DNA from: Hemiscyllium ocellatum
Lineage: Eukaryota
Direction of reading: 5' to 3'
Length of the DNA: 63,297 nucleotides
Assembly: GCF_020745735.1 (NCBI RefSeq)
Contig: NW_026867498.1
Span: 248,704 to 312,000 of the forward strand
A program made the translations under genes and the position numbers. Positions 12,031 to 24,850 of the stretch are shown piece by piece. The notes beneath the pieces were generated by a model, which ran no database searches, was not told the DNA's origin, and saw only the letters and a program-made list of their open reading frames with translations. The number at the start of each line of letters is the position of its first letter. The stretch's first letter is position 1.

Positions 12031-13304
12031 TGAACCAGAAGTGCTCTTATTGAAACCAGTAGAATTCTGAAAGGGGCTTGACAGGATAGATGCAGATAAA
12101 GGCAGCGTAGACATTCTTTTAAGGCATAATTGAGGTATCTGCATTCTTTACAATGTTTTTCCATCATTTCCAGTGATTGTCCGTCATTTGGTATCTTTTT
12201 GTGATTCAACAGATATGACTTGAGTGAATTCTGTAAAATGCTTTTGTATTTTATTTAACTTTACTTGGTTCTTGGCCTTAAAGATTTACTTTTCATGTCA
12301 TTGGTATTAAAGTATTTCAATGTATAATAATGAAGCAGCTCAGTTATTCTGAAATTATTTCAATTCATTGGTCAATTGCCAAATAATAGCTATTATTTTG
12401 TTTAGTATATTTCCTTTGTAAAGATCTTATCCAAATCATAAAATGATTGTATTTTTGTATGAAATAAAGTTTGCAGTGTTTTATTAAATAGTTGAAAGTA
12501 ACTTTGCACTTTAACTGCTGTGTTTGGGATTAAACATTGTGACTTTTATCAAAGTGATCTTTCACAGTTTATGGGGAATCTATTAACAAACGAATGTTGC
12601 CATTTGCTCTTGAATTACCACAAATTCAATTTGAAATTCTTGAATGAGTTGAATAAGGGATAAAAAGTGAATATTTATTGCACTTTTTCTGAAATTCTCT
12701 GCACTGCCATTGTATTTGGTTCAACAAGATATGTGTCTCTCTTCATCACTTTTTGTTTCTTTGATATTTTATTTATCAGTGGTATTGCCCAAATAGCCTT
12801 AAAAAAACTTTTTGGCATTTGGCGAAGTTGAGTTTTCAGTTCGGCAACGTCATTCAGTTGTGAAACAATCTAATGATTAAGTTAAATTAAATACATATAA
12901 ATACATCAACATGTAGAATTGCCAATGAAATGTAAACTGTGGCTGCTCTTAATTTGGTGCAGACTGAATATCAATTGAAATGGTAAGAATAAATAGTAAT
13001 AATGGCACTGTGCGCAAACTGTATGTAGTGTGAGGTCAGAATTTTTCTGATCATTTAATTCTGACACATGCAGTGATGGCAGCACCATAATCCGTTTTGT
13101 TTGTTCATGGAATGTGAGCAGCAGTGGCAGAGCCAGTATGTGACTGCAAAGAACACAGATATGAATATTGAGTGAGGACAAGGCGAGGTCTACTGTGGCA
13201 TAACAAATTGTACTGGCTTGCACTGTATGTTGACAAGACAGAGACTGTGGGAGGAGAACAAAATAGGAATTTCTACTTAAATATTGATGCTCCCATTTAT
13301 ATCT

Positions 13305-13476
13305 GAAAATGTGTTGCTGGTCAAAGCACAGCAGGCCAGGCAGCATCTCAGGAATAAGGAATTCGACGTTTCGAAACGTCGAATTCCTTATTCCTGAGAT
13401 GCTGCCTGGCCTGCTGTGCTTTGACCAGCAACACATTTTCGGCTGTGATCTCCAGCATCTGCAGACCTCATTTTTT
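13305..13476 (+). mobile_element. Penelope-derived insert forming a perfect 136-bp palindrome, 16-bp TSD
   Basis: 13305-13440 is self-complementary about TTTC|GAAA; GCTCCCATTTATATCT flanks it at 13289-13304 and 13477-13492. Confidence 0.9.
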
Positions 13477-13952
13477 GCTCCCATTTATATCTCTCAAAAG
13501 GAGATTGCTTGGTCCACCAAATGTGCAATGGCTCTTTTCTTGAATTATTTTCCCTGCAACAACATATATCTGGAATCGGTTTCTTTTCAAGAATTTTGCA
13601 ATTACCTTTGCCATTTACTGGTTCCATCACCCCTTCAAGATCATTCCAAATAGTAAAAACGTGCTTATTTTAAAAATTAAACCATCTCACGGCCACCCCA
13701 GCCCCACTTTTTAAAAATGGTTGCACTATTTCCAATATGGTCATGTTTTCTAGATATTACCATGTACTTCTATTTATGAACAAGTCTCTTCATATTTCAA
13801 CGTATTTTTTAAACATAAAAATGCCCCTTTACTTGTAGCTCAGCCCTTTAAATGTGTTATGTGCCGCTAAGCGCAATCTTGCTCCTCGATAATGTATATT
13901 TACCCCTTTAGATATGAGTATATCTCTTAAAGGGATATTTCTGCTTAGAAAT

Positions 13953-14627
13953 AGGGCAACGTCTCTTCGAAATGTAGATTCATTTAGATATAACTGCGTC
14001 ACTTTACATATTAAGATATCCCTTTGAATGTGCCCACATCCCTTTGAAATGTAACCTTCTCCATTTACATCTCTGTATTTGCGGAAATACCCGTTAAAAT
14101 GTCCATGTCCCTTTAAAATGCAGATTGCCCCCTTTAGATATGAGGCCGTTCCGTTAGATGTGGGAATATGTGTTTAAATGGAGCGGTGAGCTTTCCCAAT
14201 GTAGACAGGGCTCCTCGAAACGTGGCAGTGTCCCCCCCTGCAGCTGCAGAGCGAGACAGGAGAGTTTGTTTTTGTGAATGAGCAGTTGTAGCGCGAGGTG
14301 GCTGTTGCTTGGTGACGGTGAGGCTCCCCGGCCCCGCCCATCCTCCCGTGCAGACGTCACGCGGGGGCGAAGGCGGTTGGGAGGAGAAGTCGCTCGAGCG
14401 AGGAAGCGGCGGGAGGGCGGCCGTTAGGAAAATGGCGCCGTGCGGCCCGGGGCAGACACCCGGCACTGGCCGCCGCCGCCGCCTTCCTGGCGCAGCTGCT
14501 GTGTCACGGCCACACCGGCCGGCTGTACAGCAGCCAGGAGCCGGTGAACATTCTGGAGGCGGATGGGGTTAAGGACCTGCTTGGGAACTGGTCGGGCGCC
14601 TGGGTGGTGGAGTTCTACTGGTCGTGG
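13953..14627 (+). repeat. Segmental duplication, copy B (pairs with 472-1145)
   Basis: Near-identical to 472-1145; breaks after GAGTTCTACTGGTCGTGG. Confidence 0.95.
14432..14627 (+). pseudogene. QSOX: QSOX-family exon 1, second copy, truncated before the CxxC site
   Basis: Same sequence and first frameshift as 950-1145; joined at 14628 to a ZNF promoter module. Confidence 0.8.
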
Positions 14628-14629
14628 AC

Positions 14630-15062
14630 TAAAACATTGAGCAGCCAGACAAATGCAAAGGCTGTAAAATATCGAGCCACATGGGGGGGGGGAGTTATGG
14701 CTCTACCCTTTTGATCTCCGATGAGCATTTGGACACCTAAAATCTGTCAATAACACCAGCATTGCTGCAGAGCATATTGTGTACACTCCTCAGTGTCAAC
14801 AAGCAGGGCACATGTTTGCCAGTGTCACCAAAACATTGGGCGTGTTCCTCATTGTCGGCAGAAAAGTGGCGAAACCGACTTTTGATGGACAAATAAGGAT
14901 CACTGGAGGACCGGAAGGAGACTTGTCCTCCTGCCATTCGGAGCTCCCCTATTGGTGAATGCGGAAGTTGGACCATGAGGTTCTGAAGCTCCTGCCCCTC
15001 CTCTCTCTCAATGAAAATTGAGCTTCACTCAGACTGCAGCTTCCTTCCTCTGTCCAACATCT
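14630..15062 (+). promoter_or_regulatory. ZNF promoter/exon-1 module, orphan copy
   Basis: Homologous to 5330-5759; donor GTGAGTAC at 15063; the following DNA (15420-16900) parallels the ZNF1 intron, but no finger exon follows. Confidence 0.7.
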
Positions 15063-16369
15063 GTGAGTACAGCATTCTCTTTTGTCACCCCCTTTTCCAT
15101 TTACGTTTCATTCTGGGGTTCAATTGTTGACTTGGAGCAACTGAAAGGAATGGGAGTGAATCCAGCGAGGGGACAGACTCTGGAAAAGTTAGTCCAAGCC
15201 TTTGTCTCAATTGGCAAAATTGACAGGCAGCAGACTGGAAGAACGCAGCAAGCCAGGCAGTATCAGGAGGTGGAGAAGTCGACATTTCAGGTGTAAGTAA
15301 AAAATGAGGTCTGCAGATGCTGGAGATCACAGCTGCAAATGTGTTGCTGGTCAAAGCACAGCAGGTTAGGCAGCATCTCAGGAATAGAGAATTCGACGTT
15401 TTGAGCATAAGCCCTTCAGTAACCCTTGTTCAGGATTGGGGGTGGGTGTAGGGAGAGCTGTGGAACAAGGGTGTGCTGGGGGCAGGGTGATGAAGTGGGG
15501 ATAGGTGGAGACAGGTAGAGGGTATGACCTGGTTGTTGAATGGGAGGAAGGAATCTCGTTGGTGGCAGGGGAGGAGTGGAAGGGAGGAGGAGAGGCTGGG
15601 AAGGGAGTTGGGGGATGGGTAGGCAGGTTATTTGAAATTGGAAAATTCAATGTTGAATCCTCCGGGCTGTGGACTGCTCAGGCAGAAGATGAGGTGTTCC
15701 TCCAATTTGCGGTTTCGTTCGTTGTGGTAGTGGAGGAAGTTAAAGATGGTCATGTCAGAAAGGGAATGGGAAGGCGAATTAAAATGGGTGGTGACTGAGA
15801 GATCAGGTCGGCCTTTGCAGACGTGCTGCTCCCAATTCTCACAGACAGCTCGGCAAACCGTTCCCCAAGTTTAAGCTCAGTCTCCCCGATGGAGGGAAGA
15901 CCACAATTGGCAAACACATGGCAAATACAGTACCCCAGTGTAAAGTTATAGCCTTTGCTGTGAAAATAAACAAAGGAGCATTGTTTAAATGGTGATATAT
16001 TGGGATATGGAGAAAGTGAGGACTGGAGATTAGAGTCAAAACGTGTGGTACTGGAAAAGCACAGCAGGTCAAGCAGCATCTGAGCAGTAGGACAGTCGAA
16101 GTTTTGGGCATGAGCCCTTCATCAGGAATGATGCGTGGATGTTCAGAGGGGCATCAGTGTCCTTCTGTGCCAGTTGTCAGACAGGAGCAGCAGGCAATGA
16201 GCAAGGCAAGTGGTGTGTTAGCAAGAGGAATTGAGTTCAGAAGTGGGAATGTCATCCTGCAGTTAGGGGGTCACTGAATATATTCAAGGCTGAGTTAATC
16301 TGATTTTTATACGGATGTTTATCGGGAAGGTAAGAAAATGGTTTTAAGACGAGTATAGAACAGTTACAG

Positions 16370-16770
16370 AGTCAGACAGCACAGAAACACACCCTTCAGT
16401 CCAACTAAACCATGCTGACTGTGTTCTCAAACTAAACCAGTCTCACCTGCCTGTATTTTGGCCCATATCCCTCCAAACCTTTCCTATTCATGTACTTATC
16501 CAAATGTCTTTTAAACCTTGTTACTGTACCTGCATCCACCACTTCCTCTAGACATTCAGTCCACACAAAATTGTGCCCTTCAAGTCTTTTTAAAATCTCT
16601 TTCTCCTCTCACCTTCAAAATTTGCTCCCTAATCTTGAAATCCCTACCCCAGGGGAAGGACATCCGTCATTCACCTCCTCAGTCCCCTCATGATTTTATA
16701 AACCTCTAAGGTCACCTCTCCACCTCCTATGCTCCAGTGAAAAAGTCCCAGCCTATCCACCTAGATGTAG
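16370..16770 (-). mobile_element. CR1 3' fragment (paralog of 6610-7030)
   Basis: Same CR1 3' sequence in the same duplicated context. Confidence 0.75.
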
Positions 16771-18908
16771 GTAGATCCATATCCTGTCATGATCTGTTCA
16801 ATGCTGCTCCCAATTCTCACAGACAGCAAGAGTCCACAATACAAAGGAAGAAATTAGGCCACCAGGTCTGCTCATTCCATTCAATTGTGGTTGATCAGTT
16901 TCTCAATCCCATTCTTCCACTTTTAGCAAAGTGAAAATGGAGAGAGTGAATGTGGGGTGGAGATTTTCAGCTTCGAGGGAATAAGAGGAAAGAGAGTTCA
17001 CTATAAATTAGAATTTATGGGATCGGCAGATGAGCCGAGGAGTTGCAGTTGGAGTTTAATTTAGAGAAATCCGAGGTTTGCATTTTGGTCAAGCAATCCA
17101 GGCAGGACTGACACAGTTAAGAGGAGTGTTGCAGAACAAAGAGACCTTGGAGTGCAGGTTCATAGTTCCTTGAAAGTGGAGTTTCACGTGGAGAGAATAG
17201 TGAAGAAAGCATTTGGTTTGCTCATTGTTCAGGGCATTGAGTATAGGAGTTAAAAGGTCATATTATACACCCTGCCCTCTTGAACGTGTGGTATCTAACT
17301 GCTTAATTGTTTCTAGTGAATACAGCCCACATCTCCCGCTGCTGCCATAACATGGTTTGTTTGGAAGCACTAGCTTTCAGAGTGCTGCTCCTTCAGGTGG
17401 TTGTGGAGACGAAGGTCATGATCACAGAACTTATAGCCAACGGAGTCCAATTCATGGAGATGTGATACATTAAACAATTTAGATTAAGTCTTTCATCTTT
17501 TAGAATGTGGTTCTGTTCTTTGGTATGTTAATCCCAGAACCTGTTTTAAGTAACTTTCTCAAGAACGTAATTTAAATGCAGAGCCTTTCTATCAAAAATG
17601 TCAGGCCGACTCGACATTGGGACCCAGACAGAATTCACACCTATTGAAGGGTGGGCCGGGACTTTTTTCACTGGAGCACAGGAGGTTGAAAGGTGAAGGT
17701 GTCGGGTGCCTCATTAGCGAGTTTGTAGATGACATTCAGATTGATGGAATATCAGAGAGTGAAGGGGACTGTCAGACAGTACAGCAGAATATAGATTGGA
17801 GAGTTGGGAAGAGAAATGGCAGATGGAGTTCAATCCAGAGAAATGCGAGGTCTTGCATTTTGGAAGATGCAATTCAAGAGCGAGTTATACAGTAAATGGA
17901 AAGGTCCAGGAGAAATTGATGTAGAGAGAGATCTGGGTGTTCATGTCGATTGTTCTCTGAAGGTGGCAATGCATGTCAGAGCGGTCAAGGCAGCATACAA
18001 CACGCGTTCCATCATCGGACAGATTGAGTAAAAGAGCTGGCAGGTCATGTTAAAGTTATATAAGATTTTGGTTTGGCCACATTTGGAATACTGCGTACAA
18101 TTCCGGTCACCAGATTTCCAAAAGGATGTGGATATTTTGGAGAGGGTGCTGAGGAGGTTCACCAGGATGTTGCCTGTTATGGAGAGTGCTAGCTATGAGG
18201 AAGGTTGAGTAGATTAGGATTATTTTCATTGGAAATAAGGAGGTTGGAGATGGGCGAGAGACTTGATTGAGGCCTATAAAACCATGAGAGGTGTAGACAG
18301 GGGTGGTTAGGAAGAATATTTTTTTCCCAGAGGGAGATATATTACTAAGGGTCACGAGTTCAAAGTAAGAGGGGAAAGCTTCGAGGGAGATCTACGTAAA
18401 AAGTTCTTTACGCAGAGGGTGGTGGGTGCCTCGAATGCATCGCCAGCGGAGGCGGTAGGGGTGGGATCGAGAGCATCATTTAAGATGTATCTAGACAGAT
18501 ACAGGAATGGGCAAGGAGCAAAGGGATACAGATCCTTAGAAAATAGGTGACAAGTTTAGATCGAGTATCTCGATCAGCATAGCCTTGGAGGGCTGAAGGG
18601 CCTGTTCCTGTGCTGCAAGGTTCTTTGTTCTCTGTATAGAAGTTGACAAAACCATGAGGGGCAAAGATAAGGTGAATGGCATGTGTCGTTTCAAGATTAG
18701 GGAGCAAATTAGGGTGAGAGGAGAAAGATTTAAAAAACACATGAGCACCTTTTTTTTCAAACAGCGTGTGGTTTGTGTGGAATGAATGTCCAGAGGAAAT
18801 GGTGGATGCAGGTTGAGTAAAAAGTGAGGTCTGCAGATGCTGGAGATCAGAGCAGAAAATGTGTTGCTGGTTAAAGCGCAGCAGGTCAGGCAGCATCCAA
18901 GAAACAGG

Positions 18909-18947
18909 AAATTTGACGTTTCGGGCACAAGCCCTTCATCAGAAATC
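18909..18947 (-). ncRNA. Minimal hammerhead motif
   Basis: Reverse complement GATTT-CTGATGA-A-GGGC-TTGT-GCCC-GAAACGTC-AAATT. Confidence 0.7.
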
Positions 18948-18950
18948 TGG

Positions 18951-18990
18951 CTTTCCTGATGAAGGGCTTGTGCCCGAAACGTCGAATTTC
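18951..18990 (+). ncRNA. Minimal hammerhead motif
   Basis: CTTTC-CTGATGA-A-GGGC-TTGT-GCCC-GAAACGTC-GAATT. Confidence 0.7.
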
Positions 18991-19087
18991 CTGTTCCTTG
19001 GATGCTGCCTAACCTGCTGCGCTTTAACCAGCAACACATTTTCAGATGCAGGTTGAGTAACAACATTTAAAAGACATTTGGATAAGT

Positions 19088-21025
19088 CACCTCAGGGGAT
19101 CTCCCATCCAACACCTCCAATCTCATAGTCCCACAACCCCGCACCGCCCATTTCTACCTCCTGCCCAAAATCCACAAACCCGACTGCCCTGGCCGACCCA
19201 TTGTCTCAGCCTGCTCCTGCTCTACCGAACTCATTTCTGCAGACCTCGACACGGTCCTGTCCCCCTTAGTCCAAGAACTCCCCACCTACGTTCGGGACAC
19301 CACCCACGCCCTCCACCTCCTCCATGATTTTCGCTTCCCCGGCCCCCAACGCTTTATCTTCACTATGGACATCCAGTCCCTATACACCTCCATCCCCCAT
19401 CACGAAGGACTCAAAGCCCCCCGCTTCTTCCTTTCCCACCGACCCAACCAGTACCCTTCCACTGACACCCTCCTTCGTCTGTCCGAACTGGTCCTCACTC
19501 TGAACAACTTCTCTTTCCAATCCTCCCACTTCCTCCAAACCTTAGGAGTAGCCATGGGCACCTGCAAGGGCCCCAGCTATGCCTGGCTCTTCGTCGGATC
19601 GGTGGAACAGTCCATCTTCCACAACTACACTGGCACCACCCCCACCTTTTCCTCCACTACATCGATGACTGTATCGGTGCTGCCTCGTGCTCGCACGAGG
19701 AGGTTGAACAGTTCATCCATTTTACTAACACCTTCCACCCCGACCTCAAATTTACCGGGACCGTCTCGGACTCCTCCCTCCCTTCCTAGACCTCTCCATT
19801 TCTATCTCGGGCAACCGACTCAACATGGACATTTACTATAAACCGACCGACTCCCACAGCTACCTAGATTATACCTCCTCCCACCCTGCCCCCTGTAAAA
19901 ACGCCATCCCATATTCCCAATTCCTTCTCCTTCACCTCAGCCGCATTTGCTCCCAGGAGGACCAATTCCATTACCGAACAACCTAGATGGCCACCTCCTT
20001 CAAAAGACCGCAATTTCCCCTCAGACGTGGTTGACTATGTTCTCCCTCACATCTCCTCCACTTCCCGCTCCTCTGCCCTTGAACCCCACCCCTCCAATCG
20101 CCACCAGGACAGAACCCCACTGGTCCTCACCTACCACCCCACCAACCTCCAGATACATCGTATCATCCGTCGGCATTTCCGCCACCTCCATACAGACCCC
20201 ACCACCAGGGATATATTTCCCTCCCCTCCCCTAATCAGTGTTCTGGAAAGACCACTCCCTCCGCAACTCCCTCGTCAGGTCCACACCCCCGACCAACCCA
20301 ACCTCCACTCCCGGCACTTTCCCCTGCAACCGCAAGAAATGCAAAACCTGCACCCACCCCCCCCCCCCCCCCCCCCCCTCCCCTCACTTCCCTCCAAGGC
20401 ACCAAGAGATCCTTCCATATCCACCACAAATTCACCTGCACCTCCACACACATCATTTAATGCACCCGATGTGGCCTCCTCTACATTGGGGAGACAGGCC
20501 ACTTACTTGCAGAATGTTTCAGAGAACACCTCTGGGACACCCGCACCAACCAACCCAACTGCCCCGTGGCTGAACACTTTAACTCCCCTCCCACTCTGCC
20601 AAGGTCATGTAGGTCCTCGGCCTCCTCTATCGCCAGACCATGGCAACACAACGTCTGGAGGAAGAACACCTCGTCTTCCACCAAGGAACCCTCCAACCTC
20701 AAGGGATGAATGCAGATTTCTCCAGCTTCCTCATTTCCCCTCCTCCCACCTTATCTCAGTCCCAACTCTCGGACTCAGCACCGGCTTCTTGACCTGCAAT
20801 CATCTTCCCGACCTCTCCAGCCTATCACCTGCACTTTAACCTCCTTCCACCTATCGCATTCCCAATGCCCCTCCCCCAAGTCCCTCCTCCCTACCTTTTA
20901 TCTTAGCCTGCTTGGCACACCCTCCTCATTCCTGAAGAAGGGCTTATGCCCGAAGGGCTTATGATTCTCCTGCTCCTTGGATGCTGCCTGACCTGCTGCG
21001 CTTTTCCAGCAACACATTCTTCAGC
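19088..21025 (+). mobile_element. Penelope-like element (RT + GIY-YIG), 5'-truncated and decayed
   Basis: FYLLPKIHK..GRPIVS, FTMDIQSLYTSIP, GVAMG and YIDD motifs, then a Cys-rich GIY-YIG-like tail (CNRKKCKTC; LYIGET) and a 3' hammerhead remnant at 20932; TAAGT flanks at 19083-19087 and 21026-21030. Confidence 0.85.
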
Positions 21026-21654
21026 TAAGTACATGAACAGGAAAGGTTCAGAGGAATATGGGCCAAACATAGGCAGGTGGGACTAGTTTAGTTTGTGAAT
21101 ATAGTCAGCATTGCCTAGTTGGGCTGAAGGGTTTGTTTCTGTGCTGTCTGACTCTGTAACTGTTCTGTACTGGTCTTAAAATCATTTTACTTGCCTTCCC
21201 CCATAAATATCCACTTCTTTGTTGTTCTAAAATCAGATGAACTCAGCCTTGAATGTATTCAATGACTCCCTAACTGCAGGAAGACATCCCTACTTCTGAA
21301 ATCAATTCCTCTTGCTAATATACCTCTTGCCTTGCTGATTACATGCTGTACCCGTCTGACAACTGGCAGTGACTGGTGTGGAAGGACGCTGAGGCCCCTT
21401 TGTATATCCACACATCATCCTGATGAAAGGCTCATGACTGAAATGTCGATTCTCCTGCTCCTTGGATGCTGTCTGACCTGCTGTGCTTTTCCAGTGCCAC
21501 ACTTTTCGACTCTGATCTCCAGCATCTGCAATCCTCGCTTTCTCCACATCCCAATATATCAACATTTAAACAACGCACCTCCTTTTGGCAGTTATTTTTT
21601 CATAACAGAAGCTATAACTTCACACTGTGGGACTGCATTTGTTATGCGTTTGCC

Positions 21655-22035
21655 AGTTGAGACCTGGACCAATGTTTCCTGACTCTGTCTCTTCCCTGGA
21701 TTCACTCGCTTTCTTTTCAGTTGTTGCAAGTCAACAATTGAACTCCAGAATGAAAAAAATGAAATGGAAACGAGAGTGCCGTACTCTCAGATGGTGGATA
21801 GAGGAAGGAAGTTGCAGTCTGAAGTGAAGCTCGATCTTCATTTGGAGAGGAGCAGCAGCTTCAGAACCTGATGGTCCACCTTCCGCATTCAGACAATTGG
21901 GGAGCTCTGATTGGCAGGAGGACCAGGCTCCTTGCGGTCCTCTCTGGCTTCCCATTGGTCCATTTGAAGAAGGATTTGCGCCGTTTCTGCATACAGCGAA
22001 GAGCATGCGCGGCTTTTGCTGAATTGGCAAACATG
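21655..22035 (-). promoter_or_regulatory. ZNF promoter/exon-1 module, minus strand, donor mutated
   Basis: Reverse complement of the module with GCGCATGC and two CCAAT; the donor reads GAGAGTAC instead of GTGAGTAC. Confidence 0.7.
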
Positions 22036-22037
22036 CA

Positions 22038-22192
22038 CAGTGGGTCAGCAGGTGGGATGAATTGCTGAAGGCCTTCCTGCACTCGGGGCAGGAGAATGGC
22101 CTCTCCCCGGTGTGACAGTGCCGAATAGTCTCCAGGACAGACTGGGCACAGAAGCCTTTCCTGCAGTCGTTACACTTCCACGGTTTCTCCAT
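22038..22192 (-). pseudogene. Truncated C2H2 ZNF (about 2 fingers)
   Basis: [14 protein letters not shown]...[30 protein letters not shown], then an abrupt junction to the promoter module; acceptor homolog at 22294-22295. Confidence 0.85.
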
Positions 22193-22899
22193 GGCCGAAG
22201 CTACAGCCGCACACAAGCACGTGTACAACCCCTCCCTACCGTGAATTCCTCTTTCCAGTCTGTATAACTGTTTTAGGCTCCACATACACTGCGCTGCAAC
22301 AGTAGGGAGGCGGCGAGAGGGGACAGGGCAAGGCCAACAGCAGGCTCCCACACTACACTGGAGTTGCCTCGCACAGTTTGAAAAGCTCCCTTCCCCATCA
22401 GAGACTCCCCACAGTGTAGAAGACTCCACACCAACCCTCCGAAAGGTAACCCACCCAGACCCATTCCCCGACCCCTACTGCTCAACATTTACCCCCTGAT
22501 TAATGCACCTAACCTGCACATCCCTGCGCACTATGCGTAATTTAGTACTGAACCTGGACAAAGTTAAAACTCACACAACACCAGGTTAAGTCCAACAGTT
22601 TGTTTGGAAACACTAGCATTCAGAGCACTGTTCCTTCATCAGGTGGTTGTGGAGAATAAGATCATAAGGCACAGAATGTATGGAAAAACATTAGTGACCT
22701 GCCACTGAAATGATATATTGAACAAACCTGGATTGTTAAGTCTTTCATATTTTAGAATAGGTTGCAGCAATCATTAATATGTAAATTTCAGAACTTCCTG
22801 TAAAGTATCTTCATGATGGCCTCAGGTTTTCATAACAAAAGATGACATCTCAGCTCAGACATCACATTAAAGGTGTGAGGTCAGAGTCTGTCTGTCGTC

Positions 22900-23590
22900 C
22901 AGTTTCAGTCACAATGGTTATACAGTCAGCACAGAAACCGACCCTTCGGTCCAACTCTTATATCCCAACCCAATCTAGTCCCACCTGCCAGCACGGGGCC
23001 CATATCCCTCCAGTTGCCTCTTAAATGTTGTAATTGTACCAGCCTCCACCACTTCCTCTGGCAGCTCATTCCATACACGTACCACCCTCTGAGTGAGAAA
23101 GTTGCCCCTTAAGTCTCTTTTATATCTTTCCCCTCTCACCATAAACCTATGCCCTCTAGTTCTGAACTCCCCCACCCCAGGTAAAAGACTTTGTCTATCT
23201 ATCCTATCCATGCCCCTCATGATTTTGTAAACCTTTATAAGATCACCCTTCAGCCTCTGATGTTCCAGGGAAAACAGCCCCAGCCTGTTCAGCCTCTCTC
23301 TGTAGCTCAAATCCTCCAATCGTGGCAACATCCTTGTAAATCTTTTCTGAACCCTTTCAAGTTTCACAACATCCTTCCGATAGGAAGGAGACCAGAACTG
23401 CATGCAGTATTCCAACAGTGGCCTAACCAATGTCCTGTACAGCCACAACATGACCTCCCAACTCCTGTACTCCATACTCTGACCAATAAAGGAAAGCATG
23501 CCAAACGCCATCTTCACTTTCCTGTCGACCTGCAACTCCACTTTCACGGAGCTATGAACCTGCACTGCAAGGTCTCTTTGTTCAGGAACA
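22900..23590 (-). mobile_element. CR1 LINE RT C-terminal fragment
   Basis: 196-aa ORF LYRTLVRPLLEYCMQFWSP...RVVRVWNELPEEVVEAG plus 3' UTR. Confidence 0.9.
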
Positions 23591-24695
23591 CTCCCTCAGA
23601 CCTGAAACCCGAGCTGACACCAGACTACACTGTGATCAGTGCTTTGATTAGCAGTGCCAACCCTCTACCTTCACCTAGCTTCCCATATGACTATTCCCTC
23701 TATATTCAGGATCTAATCCTTGTCATCCTGAAGCCATGTCTCTGTAAGGAGTCTCAGATCATAATTATTCTCTTCAATGTGTGCAGTCAATTTTGTTACA
23801 ATGCAGCACACATTCAGACACGCCATTTCCAGTTTCAATTTGTGTGATCTTCAGAATCCAGTTTTGATCGCTGGTACATTTACTCTCCTTGTCCCTTTCT
23901 CTGATCATGTTCCACATCACTAGATTGCTCACTGGCCTTGATTTGGATTGGCCATGCTAAATTGCCCAGAATGTCCAGGGATGTACAGGTTAGGTGGGTT
24001 AGCCATGCGGAAATGCAGGGTTATAGTTTCATAGTAATAAAACTAGGAGTAGGCCATTTGGCCCTTCCAGCCTGCTCCACCATTCATTAAGTTCATGGCT
24101 GATATATCTATTGGTTCAGCTCTTCCTCCCTGTAATGTCCCAATTACCCTCATTCCCTGACCACAAAACCCATCCAACTATGTCTTGAATGTACTTAATG
24201 AAGCTGCCTCTCTTCGTTGGGCAGAGTATTCCATAGATTGACTGCTCTGTGGGAAAAGCAGTTCCACTTAGTTTTGAGTGGTTTATGTGTTGGATGCAGG
24301 TACAGTATTCACGTTTAAAGTGGAAGGCAGGAAAATAGTTTGAAGACCACAACAGAACAATTATAGTCAGACAGCACTTCAGCGCAACTATTCCATGCTG
24401 ACTACGTTCTCAAACTAAACTAGTGCCACTTGCCAGTGTTTGGCCCATATACCTCCACACCTTCCCGATTCATGTACTTATCCACATGTCTTTTAAACGT
24501 TGCATCTGTGCGTGCATCCACCACATCCTCTTTACATTCACTTCATACATGAACCACTCTGTTTATAAACAAACTTTTCCTGATTCTGTCCACTCAGTGA
24601 ATTCATTCCCTTTCCTTTCTTTGCTGCAAGTTATAAATTGAGGCTCAGAATTTAAAAAAATTGAAAAGGAGTTGGGAGGAGAGCGCCGTACTCAC

Positions 24696-24850
24696 AGATG
24701 GTTGACAGAAAAAGGAGCTTGCAGTCTGGAGCAAACTCAATCTTCAGTCAGAGAGAGAAGCAGGAGCAGCTTCCAACGTCTGCATTCAGACAATAGGAAG
24801 GCTCTGATTGGCAGGAGGACCAGTCACCTTCTGGTCCTCCAGGGCTCCTG
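24696..24850 (-). promoter_or_regulatory. ZNF exon-1 module of the truncated ZNF
   Basis: Reverse complement of the module; intact donor GTGAGTAC (plus strand GTACTCAC, 24688-24695). Confidence 0.7.

Larger units (their letters stand above)
18821..19044. mobile_element. Penelope-derived fold-back insert with two inverted hammerheads, 16-bp TSD
   Basis: GATGCAGGTTGAGTAA at 18805-18820 and 19045-19060; ~88-bp inverted arms. Confidence 0.9.
17650..21180 (+). mobile_element. CR1 LINE RT fragment(s), split by two Penelope-type insertions
   Basis: KFADD-like, DLGVHV, HLEYCVQFWSP, LERVLRRFTRML and RVVGAWN motifs (decayed); the 3' end resumes at 21031 (ACATGAACAGGAAAGG). Confidence 0.75.
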
